A DNA stretch of 64,000 bases, from the NCBI GenBank assembly GCA_047967505.1, contig CM106538.1; one strand, written 5' to 3'. Position 1 is the stretch's first letter. Each line of letters opens with the position of its first letter. Position numbers and translations under genes: made by a program. Below, in pieces: positions 37,901 to 51,591 of the stretch. The notes below the pieces were generated by a model. The model ran no database searches, was not told the DNA's origin, and saw nothing but the letters and a program-made list of their open reading frames with translations. Origin of the DNA: Dipteris shenzhenensis. Taxonomy: Eukaryota.

Positions 37901-38892
37901 ATTAGATATTAAAATTAGTATGATCATTAGGTACAACATATCACCAAAAGTCAATGGAATATTTGGCTCAAAAATTTTTTTCATGTGTGCAAATTGCATT
38001 GTAGATATTGCCTAGACGCTTGAAGATTTGACTTCAAATCCTTTATCATTGCATTTATTTTGAATTTTTAATACTAAAATTCACTTACATTTGCATGTTT
38101 TTTGTACATGTTACATTTTGGATATTACGCTGATGCCTTTAATGTGTTTTTTTTTTCAACAGAAAAGGAGAATGCTTTTTACTTAGAATGTTTTTTATAA
38201 TTCTCTTTCTTTCCTCTCTCTTTTCTTCATTCTCAGCAATCCAACTTATTATAATAATTATATTTTTCTCATCACATTTAATATTTCTAAAGAGCCACAC
38301 CATTAGACATCCATATAATTATATAATACACATGGAATATATTTACATCATGAGTAAATATCCCTCATGCTCTCAGACATTAAACATAATTAACAAAAAC
38401 AACATAATGAGTCAATTCATATTATTTTGTACAAGTGGAGCTTGATTGTGGCCTGATTGTTAGAGATGGCTTAGAGTAGAGTTGAAGCTCTGCTAGATGC
38501 AAGTATAGGAAGGTATGCCCCTCCAATGTGAGCTCCATAATCAATTAAGAATAATTATTATTTGACACATTATCATGATAGAAAGAGTAAAAATACTTTT
38601 GGAATTCTACTTACACCTCATAATATGCCATAAAGATGACTCGCACGCCATCCAAATGTAGAGGTTCCAACCATGCACACACATCGTCTATGGTCTTTGT
38701 CTTATTCACTAAGTACATAAGAAAGAAAAGAATCCAACATATATACATGATTTTGTGCTAATCTAGGAAGTTGTGATATAACCATACTACTGTAAGAAAA
38801 CAATACATTTGTGCTCAACAAATAACATGATCTTGTATGCAAGAGAGAAAAATAGATAGTATGAAGAATCAAAATTTTGATTACTATAGAAC

Positions 38893-39416
38893 TGATACAA
38901 TAGATGGTGCTGCCTCCCAGCCGTGTACTCCTATGTGAGAAGCTTCGATGGTGTGCCAGAAACAGTAGAGGACGAAGGCTGGATGCTAAGGAATCAGGGT
39001 TGCTATAGCCAGTGATGATGATGCGCTTCACAGGCTTGCTCTTATATAGCCACCACTCGTAGTCGGTTAGACCCAATTGGGTGACCGACCCAATCTGCCC
39101 AAAATGGCCAATTGGGGGTCGGTCCCGAAATAGGACACCGACCACACGATAGAACCGTGGTGCAAAATAGAGCAACTAACCTATGGTTGTCGTTCGGCCC
39201 AGAGCCATCCGAGATCATCTGGGGCTCCAAACGAGCCCCGCAACCCAAGAGTGGGCTGCCCCGAGAAATGCTCCATCTACCCTCAGTGCGGTCAGTCATG
39301 GGATGCCTTCCCGCACTTGCATGTAGCCTAGTTGGCGGTGTGCCAACTCTATCTGAAGCCGTCTAGCCATCATGCCACACATGGCCCCCATCTGGTGTCC
39401 AAACCAGGACCTATCA
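38893..39416. mobile_element. Possible solo LTR
   Basis: GC-richer block with tgata...tatca termini and a TATA-like ggctatataagag on the minus strand; no TSD found. Confidence 0.3.
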
Positions 39417-40379
39417 GATAACCGAGCTACTCAAATGTCTTCTCCTCATATGGGGGGCTTACAAGTAGAGTTAGCTGGTTCCCGCGTAGTTACATGAGAG
39501 TGGAGCATTGATATCTAACAACTATACCCAAAATAAACAAAAGCTAGCATATTATTTTCAATCAAAATACTAAATTATCAAGCTAAGAAAAGTTTGTATC
39601 AAACTTGAGGATGGCCATCACTAGTTTGTCATTAATTTCTTTGTTAGGTAAGAGGATTGAAATCTCCTCTATACCAAATGTCATGTACTAAGGTTGTTGT
39701 TGATTGATAATCCTAAGATTAAATGAGCTTCCAAATTCCTTCAATGGAGATACATTTGCAGAATTGATCTCTATAATAGCCAACATCCTCTCTTCATGCC
39801 TCTTCAACTCATCTGTGCTTGTAACCCCATCAAAAAGTGGTCAACTTTACTGCTTCATCTAAATCGAATGTCCAAAACATGGAGAAATTATACTACTGCC
39901 TTAATTTTAAAACAATTTGGCATCACATCCTTTAATGATATGAATTTAAGTTAGTAAAGCATCAGAGTTAGTACAATTCTTTAAAGCTTATAAACATTGT
40001 GTTATTTTCACTGCCATGCTAATTTAAAACAAAACTTGATGCTAATTCTTTTGAGTAATAGGAAAAAATAAAAGTAGCATCACTTATAGAGAAACTAGAT
40101 ATGTTATTGAGTTTGACAAATGGGGTCATTTCTTACTTGTTCTCTTACTGCCATCATTAGGGGAGAATTGGGGTCTCAAAAGGGCCTCATAAGGAATGGG
40201 TCAAGAAATGGATTAGGCCTAATGCAAGCCCTCTTGTGGGGTCCAAGGGAGTCCTACCCCCCCTACCTAGGTGGGTTAAACCATTTGATCATCTCTTACA
40301 CCTAGGAGGAGGCCACCTCTTACACCAAGGAGGGGGCATTTTTCCCAAAGTCAAATTTTGAATTTCAAATTTGAATTCC

Positions 40380-40925
40380 CTCTCTCTCCCTCCTCCCCCC
40401 ATCCTCCAAAGTCAAACTTTTGAATTTTGAATTTTGAATTTAAATTCCCTCCTCCTTCCCCCATCCTCCTCCTTGTCTCCCTCTACCTCCTCTTCTTCCA
40501 CACATCCCATTCTTCCTCCTCCTCCTCCTCCTCTTGCTCCCTCCCCTTGCCTCTCTCCTCCCTCCCCCCCTCCTCCTCCCTTTGTCCACATGCCTCCTCC
40601 TCCCTCCTCCCACATGCGTCCTCCTCCTACCCCCCCTATTGCTTTTTCCTCCTCCTCCCTCCTCCCACATGCGTCCTCCTCCTCCCCCCTGCTGCTTTTT
40701 CCTGCTCCTCCTCCTCCCTCATGCTCATCCATTCTCCTCTTCCCTCATGCTCATGCCTACTCCTCCTTCCTCCTACTCATGCAAGCTCATGTTGCCTCAT
40801 GCTCACGCCTGCTCTTGTTACTTCCACTCCTTCTACTCATGTGTATTCGTCTGCCCTCATCCTCACACCTAGTCCTCTGCTTGCTTCTCCTCCCTCGTAA
40901 TCATTCATGGTCCTTCTCATCCCTC
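40380..40925. repeat. Pyrimidine-rich (CCT/CT) low-complexity tract
   Basis: cctcct runs; the Pro-rich and Glu/Gly-rich ORFs here are compositional artefacts. Confidence 0.9.
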
Positions 40926-41945
40926 CTCAAACATTACCTACCTTGTATCATGGCCTATCACAATATCTGTAAACTCTGCGACTATTGATGGCACCATTTA
41001 AGGAGATCTCCCATGTTACCATGAGACCGTATAGTTGTAGGATTAATATGTGATCTAAGATTTTTTTTTTCAAGAAAAGAAGCATCTTGAACCTCAGGAG
41101 ATGCTCTAAAGCGGAGAATATGAGATAAAATGTTAATTTCGTAGTGTTTCAATGTAATTTCTTACTTTGGATTATCCACAGTGGTGCATTGCTTTTGCTA
41201 AGGTTCCCTAGTTGTTCTTTCAGGAACCTCATGGAGGATGATATGAGAATGGTGGGCATGGATGATATGGACTCTTCATATCAAAAAACACAAAGTCATG
41301 CATGAGCAAGTTGTTTTGGAGGTGATGCAGGACTTGAAGGGAATGGTGATGCAAAGAAGATGCTGGAGCTCGTGATGCTGCTAATGTAAGACTTGAAACT
41401 CAAAAGTTGATTGAAGGAGAAGAATGATGCATTACATCTATTAAAATTTAAATTTCTAAAATGATGCGACTTCATGTGTGCAGTAGCATGCAAGAATGGA
41501 GAATCTATCCATTTGGAACAAGAAGGCATGGAGAATTCACAGTATTGACCCAAGGCAACCTATGTGATCCATGCCAATGTGTTGTACATGTATTATTGGT
41601 GTATTAGAGTAGAACAAGAAGAGAAACAGGCTATGAAGCAATACAAACACCTAGTTCTAATAATATTATTCTATCTAAAGCTAAAAATTTTCTTGGATCT
41701 ATGGCCAAATGGTGAATCTTTTGTTATGGCTATTTTAATTATCTGTTGTTTTTAATATTGCATCTTTTTTTATATCAACTTGCACACAAAAGTTATATCA
41801 CATTTTGATGTAACTTACAAGTCAATAAAATGTTGTTTACCAAGTTTGGCCGTTCCAACAAATCTGTAGAAGGGATTTGACCATGGCACCACATTGATTA
41901 GATGGAGTGTTCAAAAACCAAAATTTGAGATTTTCCTTTATCACC

Positions 41946-42360
41946 TTGTAAAGGATTGATGCAGTTCATGATTTTCTACGAAGAAATTTAGATTTTAAAG
42001 GGGTAGATGAAGAAATTTGACAACTTTGGCCATTTCAATGTCCATTTTTGGCAAATGTAGGAGGAATTTGACCATGGTGGAGAAGGAAAAGTTGGTCGGG
42101 ACATCATGGGGTGTCCAAAAATGCCAAAACCCACCATGGCACGAATTTGACTATTTGGACACCCTCCAAATGGCCAAATTCGTGCCGTGGTGGGTTTTTG
42201 CATTTTTGGACACCCCATGATGTCCCAACCAACTTTGTCTTTTGTGCCACGGTCAAATTCCTTCAACATTTTACCCAAAATGGACATTGGAATGGCCCAA
42301 ATTGCCAAATTCCTTCATCTACCTGTTTGAAATCCATGTGTCTTTATAGATGCATCAACT
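41946..42360. repeat. Fold-back (hairpin) repeat, copy 1
   Basis: Imperfect arms of about 200 bp centred on ttgga-caccc-tccaa near 42160. Confidence 0.85.
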
Positions 42361-42825
42361 TCAACATAGATAAACATGGAAAAGAAAATATTTACAAAGT
42401 AACTTAGCAAATCACGATTGGTCAATATGACAACTTATGTGCCTTGTAGCACAGCTCTGCTAAGACCCTTACGCAATATATTTTCTATATAATTTCTTGT
42501 GCTTTGGAGGAACCTTGTAGGTTGGCTATGTCAATGTAATTTTTTATTTAATCCAAAAGACTTTGATCTTCCACTACATCACCTTGTAAATTTTCATTTT
42601 CTTTGTTTATCTTGCCTTTAGAGCCACCTTTTAGGTTGGCTATGTCAATGTCATATTTGATTTCATATCACTTAATCACCTTGAAATAATTTGATCCATT
42701 ACATGAGAAAATATATTTTTTGAAGAGGAATTTAAAATTTTCATTTTCTATGTTTTCTTGATCATGGAGGTCGGCTATGTCCATGTATCTTTTATGTTAA
42801 TTTTTAGGTTGGCTACTATATCAGC

Positions 42826-43220
42826 TTGTAAAGGATTGATGCATTTCATGATTTTCTATGAAGAAATATAGATTTTGAAGGGGTAGATGAAGGAGTTTGA
42901 CAACTTCGGCCATTTTAATATCCATTTTTGGCAAATGTAGGAGGAATTTGACCACGCTGCAGAAGGCAAAGTTGGTCAGGACATCATGGGGTGTCCAAAA
43001 TTGCCAAAACCTACCACAGTACGAATTCAGCCATTTGGACACCCAAAACCTACCACGGCACAAATTTGGCCATTTGGAGGTGTCCAAATGGCCAAATTCG
43101 TGTCGTGGTAGGTTTTGGCATTTTTGGACACCCCATGATGTCCTGACCAACTTTGCCTTCTACGCCATGGTCAAATTCCTCCTTTATTTGCCAAAAATGG
43201 TCACCAAAAGTACCAAACTT
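42826..43220. repeat. Fold-back (hairpin) repeat, copy 2
   Basis: Direct-repeat homolog of 41946-42360, centred on ttgga-ggtg-tccaa near 43080, with a short internal duplication. Confidence 0.85.
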
Positions 43221-44799
43221 GGTTATAGTACTTTTTTGACTTGAAATATTCATAATATTTTCCTAAATTAATTTTACAAAAAGATATATACAAGTAATAG
43301 AACTTAATTGTATGGAATATGAAGAGAATAGTAAAATAGCTATAACTTTTGTGCTATAACTCCAATTGCAAATTTTTTCGGTTCAAAATCGAGAGCATGA
43401 GTAGCTCTATGATATTTGACTATAAAAATAGCGTCATATAGGGTCTATGAGCCTATTTTTCCAATCAAATAGGGTCTATGACCCTATTTTTTCCCAAATG
43501 TTCAAATTCAATGTAGAAGGCCTTCAAAAATCAGTCACAAGTTGAGGGGGTCATAAATTTGTAATTACTTTGGATACAAATGAAGGAAAAGGGATAAGTT
43601 TGCATATAAAAGGTTCACCTCTCTACACAACAAACTTGGAGGTGGTGTATTCAATACTCTACAATTCAAAGTGACGTTACCTTATATTGAATTAATAACA
43701 CATACAAAATTTCAACCATGACTGAATCAAAATTATTGCTTATGACATGGTATCTTGCAGGGAAGAGAATGGTGATAAAATGTACATTTTTGTATTATAA
43801 TCTCTCCATTCAAATATAAAGACTCTTCATAGCATGTACCTCCTCTTTGCTACCTCTAATACATAGAAAAAGAGGCTTTTGAAATCCCCAAGTAAAATCC
43901 TAATACTAATACCATTAAGGCTCTCCTCTCAGGGAAGCCAAGCACAAAATTTTTTACACCATTGCCAATGGGATACAATGCAATAGGGGAAGCCATGTGA
44001 TGTGGATCACAATAATAAAGCTATCAATACTTTGATGCACTTCAATAGTTAAGTAGGCCATTTTAAAAATTGGATGTGGAAGACCACAAGGTATCCTGCT
44101 CGACTAATATAGTGCACCAATGAGTGCTCTCAAATGCCTCTTGCATTAATTCAACAACCATTACATTTGCAGACCTAACAAAGCACATTTACATTAAAAG
44201 ACCATAAAATATAAATCAATACATAGGATGCTTACCATCATGGCATTGTCTCCTTTAATGATGCAAGCAAGGCAAATAGGTATAAACTATAAACTTTAGA
44301 CATATTACCTGAAAACTTTGGACATGAAACCACACAATAAAACCATCAAAAGAAAATTCATCAATGTTTTTAATGTCCTCCAAGTCATGAAGGAAACCTA
44401 TGCAAATTCCAAAATGCCCAACTTGTAATTTATGGACAGCTTGTACTAGTCAAACACATTGTTTGATGTTGCGCGAGGGATAAAATGGACATGCATTTCT
44501 CTAGATACTTGCCTACTATTTCACCATTTCAAGTAAAGTTGAAGGACTATACATTTCATTTTCCATGACTAAAAGGTATTCGTGCACATAACTTATAGAC
44601 AGTCCATTGTCAGTTATGTCAAAGATTCCACTACTTCCCACTCCTATGTTAAAATAGGATTGTGTAAAGAGGATAGGCAAGGAAGGTACATAGAAATACA
44701 TCCTTCCTCTTGGGAAGCTTATGTGGACCCTTGGCAAAACCTTCCATGACTATCTAGTTAGTCAAATTGTAAGTTCAAGTCATCCAATGCATTTTTCGT

Positions 44800-45680
44800 G
44801 TTCTAAAACACACTAGAGCTCACAACATTGTCAATTTCTATCACTTTCTTCCTGATCGTGCGTCTAGAACACACTAGAGCTCACAATATTGCCAGATTTG
44901 ATCACTTTGTTCCTGAACATGCCTCTACAGCACACTGGAGCTCATAATATTGCCATCTTGTGTCACTTTCTTCCTGATTATGCCTCCAAAACACACTAGA
45001 GCTCACAACATTGCCACCTTGTGTCACTATGTTCCAAACCATGTCTGTTGGGAAAACAATAGTTGTAGGAGAGGAAAGAGCAGTTGTATCCTATATGAGA
45101 GGGAAACGCAAGAGGAAAAAAGCACTTGTAAGAGGGCAAAGAGTTGCTGTAGTAGAGGGAAAAGTGCCTGTAGGAGGGCAAAGAGCACATGTACCAGAAG
45201 GAGAAGCGCCTTGAAAAGGGAAAGAGCACCTGTAGGATAGGGTAGCTAAGCAAGAGTCCATAGAGCAAGAGAGGGCAGATCAAGAGAGGAAAGAGAAGGC
45301 AGAGTAGAGCATGAGGGGATAGAGCAAGAGGAGGCACAAAAACAATGAGAAGATCAGGAGAGAGAAGACCAGTTGTAGGAGGTGCTGCAACCCAAATTTT
45401 GAAAAATGGAGGGAGAGAGCAACTGAACCAAAGCAAAAGAGAAGAGAGAGGGGGGGCAGGTCTACAGTAGGCTAGAGGACAAAAGAAATTCGTCCAAAAG
45501 GTCCCACAATGGAGGGAGAGGGCTGTTGGACCAAAGCAGCAGAGGAGCAGAGAAAGAGGACACACCTGCAGTAGGCTAGAGGACAAAAGAAGTTCATTCA
45601 AAAGGTCCCACAATGGAGGGAGAGGGCAGTTGGACCAGAGCAAAGGAGCAGAGAAAGAGGGGACTGAATTGCAACACACC
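44800..45680. repeat. Adjacent tandem arrays (about 61-62 bp x4, about 21 bp degenerate, about 117 bp x2.5)
   Basis: acacactagagctcacaacattg units, then agagggaaagagcacctgtagg-like units, then aaaaggtcccacaatggagggagagggc units. Confidence 0.8.
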
Positions 45681-46329
45681 TAAGGAGAGGAGAAATTTGC
45701 CCACAAGGGCCCACAAAAACTTAAATGAGATTTGGGGATGATCTAGGGGGGGTGCACATGGGAGGGTGGTCAAGCATGGGTTAAGGGGGGAGAGGATGGT
45801 TTAGGTGGTCCCCAATGTAAGAGGAATAGCCAATAGGGGATCTCTGCATGCCTGCCATCCCTCCACCTCAACATACCATTGCCCCACACAAAGGAGCACT
45901 CTCATTGGTACACCTCAAATCCCTCTCTAATCCCTTGAAATTAGGAAACACTTATTGGAGGCCCTTTTGAGACCCCAATTCTCCCCTAATGGTTGTCTTT
46001 TCCAATATTCCAAAGGCCGAAGATAAATTCTTGCAATTTTGTTTGTAATATATCAAACTGATAATCCAAGTTTTTGAGCCCTTAAGATTGCCTCCACATC
46101 ACTCATTGAATCCACATTGCGCATTAATTGTAATATCGTAGCAGACAATTTCCTTAGTGGTGTTGGTTTTCCTTAGTGGTGTTGGTTTTCCCATTAATTG
46201 CTTCATTTGTTTTGTTCATCATGCTTCAAAAAATTTGATGGTTTCTTCTCCTTGTCTGAGGAAGAGTAACTTTCTTCCCAAAATATTTTTGGAGGAATAC
46301 AACTCCATAAGTTTTGAAAATGCTTGATA

Positions 46330-46940
46330 ACACTCTAAAGTATCCATACAAGGGATGACCTAGTATCATTGGACATTGACCAAAGGGATCTGCTATGATC
46401 ATTGATCAGACATCTGAAACATGTCTTAATTCAAGGAGATAAGGCAATAATTTTTCTATAAGTTCATCATTGCCTTGACTATGAAGGGTAAATGGCTTTG
46501 GAAACAAACAAGTTCCAAGAGGATTTACACAACCCTTACATGGACTATCACCAATCAAGATAGTGTTTGTCTGATCATATTGTCGTTTCCATGATTCCCA
46601 CATGCTATAAAGTGGCTTGAATAAAAACTTCTACATTCTCCTTGTTCGGTCTAAACAATGGAGGATTTTGCCTTTTATAGCATTCCTCTTGTCCCCATAC
46701 CATGAAGAAAGGCAACTTTTTATTTGTTATTTCTTCTAGTAATTCAATTCTCCGCTTCATATTTTGCCTCAAGGCACAAGACCATATGCCCACATTAAAG
46801 TGTTCTACAAGAATGTGGAGAAACTCTATGCATCCATTCCGTAGCAATATCTCCTCTCTCCCAATGTTATAACATCTATTATCAAAGAAGCTCTTATCAA
46901 CCTTAGCAATAATCCATTTAAGTCTAGAATGATGGCTCAT
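46330..46940 (-). pseudogene. FCP1/NIF (HAD-superfamily) phosphatase-like pseudogene fragment
   Basis: LLRNGCIEFLHILVEHFNVGIWSCA, VWGQEEC, NTILIGDSPCKGCVNP..LFPKPF, LLPYLLEL and PFGQ; frameshifted. Confidence 0.75.
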
Positions 46941-47472
46941 TTATGAATTCTATTAGTCTCTTTTGTATGCGATGAACCTTGTGTTTCAATTGAATACATT
47001 CACTTAGTGTGCAATGTCCTACACTATGGGATTCTTATAATGTGGAATGAGCCACAATCCTATGCCAGATTGTTAATATCTAAGTTTTCATGTACATGAA
47101 CACTTCTATAAGGATCTTGTATATCTTTATCTTCTTGAATATTTTTCTTGACAATAGTTATTAGTTGAGAAGCGCATGTCAAGTACCCATATGAAAAACA
47201 ATTTAAGTTGTGCCATTTATATATTTAAAAAACTTTCAAATAAATTGTGTCAATCAAAATAAAGAAATCTAGGGGTGCAAGGATTATGTGTCTTCCTTAG
47301 TGCTCTTCATATCATTGCAAATTGCATTTAGATATATTTTGAACACATAAGAAAAGTTTAACATTTGACATAAAAAGGCTATGCTAACAATAACAACTAA
47401 TATCAAACTAATAAAGAGAAAATAAAGATCATTAGATGTACCAAAAATAATTGTCAAATATTTCATATATCA

Positions 47473-49650
47473 TCATTGTCTTGTATCATTACCTCTATGC
47501 TCTTCATCATCTGAACTCCTTGGAGATGTTGGATAAGGTTTCTTCACTTTGTTGTATATTTGTTTTAGAAGCTCAACACTTGTTATTGGAGTTGCCTCGA
47601 TGGATGCCTTGCCTTTAGGAATGTCTATTCCCATCCACACCTTCAAAGACTCATCAACCTCAATAAGGTGTGCACACATTGCCTCCAAATCCCCCACATT
47701 ACCTTCTCATTTTGTGAGGGCTAGACATTTTCTTTTCTTCAAGAGACCTGCTCAAGTGACAACCACATCTGTGAATACATCTACAACATGGTGTTCATCA
47801 TGATAGTATGAATCAATTAAACGGTCAACATATTTTGAATTCCATCTTTCTTCTACATTCTCTGTTTCTATCTAGGAGAGATTAGGTTTGCAATCTGATG
47901 GCATGAGTTGGCCACGATTATAATCATCTCCTTTGTAAAAGCAGATGCAAAGCACCATGTATTGGTCTAATGTTCAATTGGCACTTCTATCGTATGAACC
48001 CCATGCTAAGACGGTTTTCCAATTTTGTTGCTTTGCACATTCAATTAACTTACCGATGACTTCCAAGTCCTTGACAAATGTAATAAGGACAAATTGATAA
48101 TGCTTATTAATAGAATCCAAGACTGAATAAGTGACAAAAATCCTCTTAACTCCACTGGTGTGATTCTTCTTCAGACACCCTGTTGAGGACAGCAAGGCCC
48201 AAAAAAATATCGCATGGCAACTTATTCAAAACATCCATGCTTTCAAAATGTGCTCCTACTGTAGATACTATCCATAGCATCTTTTTATCTAATGGTCCTT
48301 TAAATTCAATGGCGCTAATAGCGTGAGGTGATCATATTTGTCACTAGAATAAGCAATGGTGTAGGTCTCTTCATCTTGCTTAATGCATTTTTAATCCACT
48401 CTTCAGACCATCTACTTATTTTGTTAGATTTGTTTTCTGTAATTACATAAGCAGATATGACAACATCCAAAATTTGCTTGTTATTACCCCCAACAACTGT
48501 ACTAAAATGTGCTGCAACTGCTCCTTGGAGAAGAACCTGGTCTACTTTGATCTTCCTTGTAGCATCTTCCATATCTATCAATTGCTCTGCCTTCTTTGAC
48601 TTTCTTCATTATCTTATCTTGTAATTCTTGAATGTTGTCATCAGATAGTCCCTCCAAACAACAGAACAAGGTTCCACAAATAGGAGCTGTATGTGTGCTT
48701 GCCTGACCTTTGCAAAGTCCTCTCCCTCTTTGATCACATCTTTTTCTTTTTTGTCTTCTTTCAGTGGTTTAATTTTCCCCAATGTGTTAGGGAGTTGGCT
48801 AGCTATGTACATTTTGGATATTGTCATCCACTTTTCGAAGATATCGTCTAAGGACATGATCATGTGGATGTCATGTTCAAATGTGAACTTGTCAAGGCTC
48901 ATCTTTGTCATCTCAATGAAATTCTATCATCATCACATGACAAAATTATTGAGAATTCTTGATGCATTAGATTATTTAAGATAAAAGCAAGCCATAAACA
49001 TATATATCTTAACAAATTATAAATAATCACATCCCATAGATCACTATGATCACATTCTTTTGTTGGCCTGGTTGGCTTTGCGAAAGCTTCCCATTATTTC
49101 CTAGCATGTGCCAGCTGATCCAAGCACGGGGACCTTTTCATAGTTTTAGCATGTACAATGTTTGTTGTCCACTGCGAGCATTGAACTAGCTCCATATTTG
49201 AATAGTTCATTATTATTCTAGCTCATTGAAACCTATTAACATTGATTAAAAAATGAATAGTGCATTTCACAGGAACATATCGAACATTTCAACCAAGGAA
49301 ATAATATTCAAAAAAATGAAAGATTATTAGTGTACATGTACAAAGCTTTTATAGCTTCAGGGACTGACTTAATGTCTTGAAGTCTTTTAACCGCTTCGGA
49401 TAGAAATCTTTCCACCGCATTCAGGCTTTTGCACCTACCATGAATTCCATCTCATCCTTTCCCAAGGTCTTAGTATTTGGTGGCATCGTGTCAAGGGGCT
49501 CTATCAATGGTGGACCAAGAGGCAAGTCCTCTTTATCTTACTCTTCTTTCGCTTTGGCACTTTTCAATCTGTTTTTATCTTTTGATTCTCTATGTTTTGC
49601 TGCACAGCTTTGAACCCTGTTATTATGTCTACCATGCAATTGATTCCACA
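47473..49650 (-). pseudogene. Decayed multi-exon gene with a possible N6/N4 DNA-methyltransferase-like C-terminal fold
   Basis: Collinear minus-strand ORF fragments; RLIDSYYHDEHHVVDVFTDVVVT*AGLLKKRKCLAL resembles the SAM-binding motif X-I-II segment of beta-class amino-MTases. Confidence 0.35.
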
Positions 49651-50499
49651 ATCACCTCCCATCCAAGATTTTTCACAAGTTTTAGTTTTCAAAAGTATGG
49701 AAATAGATTTCAAACATCAATTTTAAATTGAAATTTTCATTTTTAAATTTCACTCTCATATTTCAAACTTTACTTTTACATCTTAAATCGACCTAAGGTC
49801 GATTTACAAGTTTTATATTTCAAAATTTGAATTTGGATTTCAAACTTTAATTTAAATTAATTTTCAAATTCGATTTTCATATTTCAAACCTTCTTTCATA
49901 TCCCATATTTCAAATTTATGAGGGAGAGAGAGGTTCATACTTCAAACTTCACTTCCACAGTTCAAATTTCAAATGTGACTTTGACATCTCGAGAGGAACA
50001 TAGAGCTTACTTGGAGGATATTGGAACACTGGTAAAACTTTAGTTTCAAGATGTCTTCAAGGTAAGCTTGCAAGCCTTCTCTTTGTCGTAGATCTTGGTA
50101 GGTTCTACACTTGCAAAAATTGGATCATACATGTTTAATCACCAAAAACTTGATGTTTATATCTATCTGATATGCACAGGGAGAGATGAAGAAGCGAATG
50201 GAAAATTGAGAAAGAAGGAGAGATCATGAAAGATGAGCACAAGTAATCCTTTTCTGACAAGAAAATGGTTTTTCTTTGTTTTGAGAGGGAAATTCTTGAA
50301 TACCGTTGTTGAGAGATTTCAATCTAGCCTTAGGGAGAGAGAGAATGAAAGACTTCATTTTGAAACTTAGTCTTCATTGATTGGCTACACCGGATCATGC
50401 ATTGACCCTCGTGAGGAAAAAGAAAAAAACGGATGATCATGGCTAATCAATGGCCCCAATTGTTGAAAAGATGGAGAAGCACTCTAAAGTTTTAGCAGC

Positions 50500-51590
50500 A
50501 AAACAAGTTTTTTGCTTTTGAAGCTTGGGATAAGCTTGGCCCAAAGGAGTTGCCAAAGGTTCAAATGTTTCAATGGTGTGACACTATCATTTTCAATCAA
50601 ATTAGAAGGAAGAATATGCATTCTGAACTAAAGTCAATCAAGCTAAGTACTTGCTTAGTACAAGGACCTATATGGACTTGTATCCAAATAATAGATAGAT
50701 TCCTTCACAGGGAAGCCACAAGAATGCAAGTCAAAAGAATGAGGAGGTCCCCCGGGAAGAAGTAGAGGTTATTGAGAAAAAGGCCCTAAAAGGCCAAAAA
50801 AGTGATGCCTCGAGAAAACAAGGAGAAGAAAGTGAGATTTCAAGGCAAAGGGGTAAATAACAGCAACACCTTTGAGGTTCTTAGAGACGCTCAAAAGACT
50901 CGAAAGAGGAAGACATGGAAGAGTTTATCCCCAACTCAATAGTTTTTTGAAGAGCACCTCCATAAGGCCGACAAGACTAACATGGAGAATGAAGGTCCAC
51001 AAATTATTTTGGTAAAGAGCAAAAGGAGTAGTCAAGTAGAGAAGAAGGCCATTCAATAGGGTTAAAACACACCAAAGCATAGGGTGGGATTAAAGGCGGT
51101 GACCAACCTCCAGACTCGAGAAAAGAGAAGACTTTCAAAAGGTTTTGTGGTAAAAAACAAATCCTGGTTTATTTCAAGAAGAAGAGAAATAAGAACAATT
51201 ATAGATATTAAGGATAATTTTTTCTTTCTTGAGCATAAATGTGCAAGGGTTATAAAATGATACTTTTGAAGAGATGGTTGAAGGGGTTAGACATCAAAAC
51301 CAATTTCTTAGCCTTGCAAAAACTGGAAGTACGGGGTGAGAAATTCAGGTTTGCAATTGAAGAAGGAAGAGCACGCCACCTAGAAAGCTACATTGGCGTG
51401 CCTTAAGTACAAATGGGATAGGAATAGAGTTTCTGCATGTTGAACTATCCTGTGAGATCTTCTTGATTTATTATGGGATGCTTCCCCTTTCAAACACAAA
51501 CATTCTCAATGGGGATTTTAATATGGTAGAGAATGTAGGAAAGATAGATGGCATGGACTTGGGAATGTCTTAAGAGGGAGTGAACTAACC
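50500..51590 (+). mobile_element. LINE remnant (ORF1 end plus endonuclease)
   Basis: NTFEVL (ORF1 tail), INVQGL, FLALQK and LNGDFNMVE..DRWHGLGNVLRGSEL; resembles the fragment at 1-270. Confidence 0.7.
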
Positions 51591-51591
51591 G

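Larger units (their letters stand above)
40155..45991. mobile_element. TIR DNA transposon with perfect 34-bp TIRs, superfamily unresolved
   Basis: cattaggggagaattggggtctcaaaagggcctc (40155-40188) is the exact reverse complement of 45958-45991. Confidence 0.85.

Noticed and set aside
44800-45040. CRISPR-like periodic repeat (also 58955-59300)
   Set aside because: Whole units are homologous, with no unique spacers and no cas genes; eukaryotic context.
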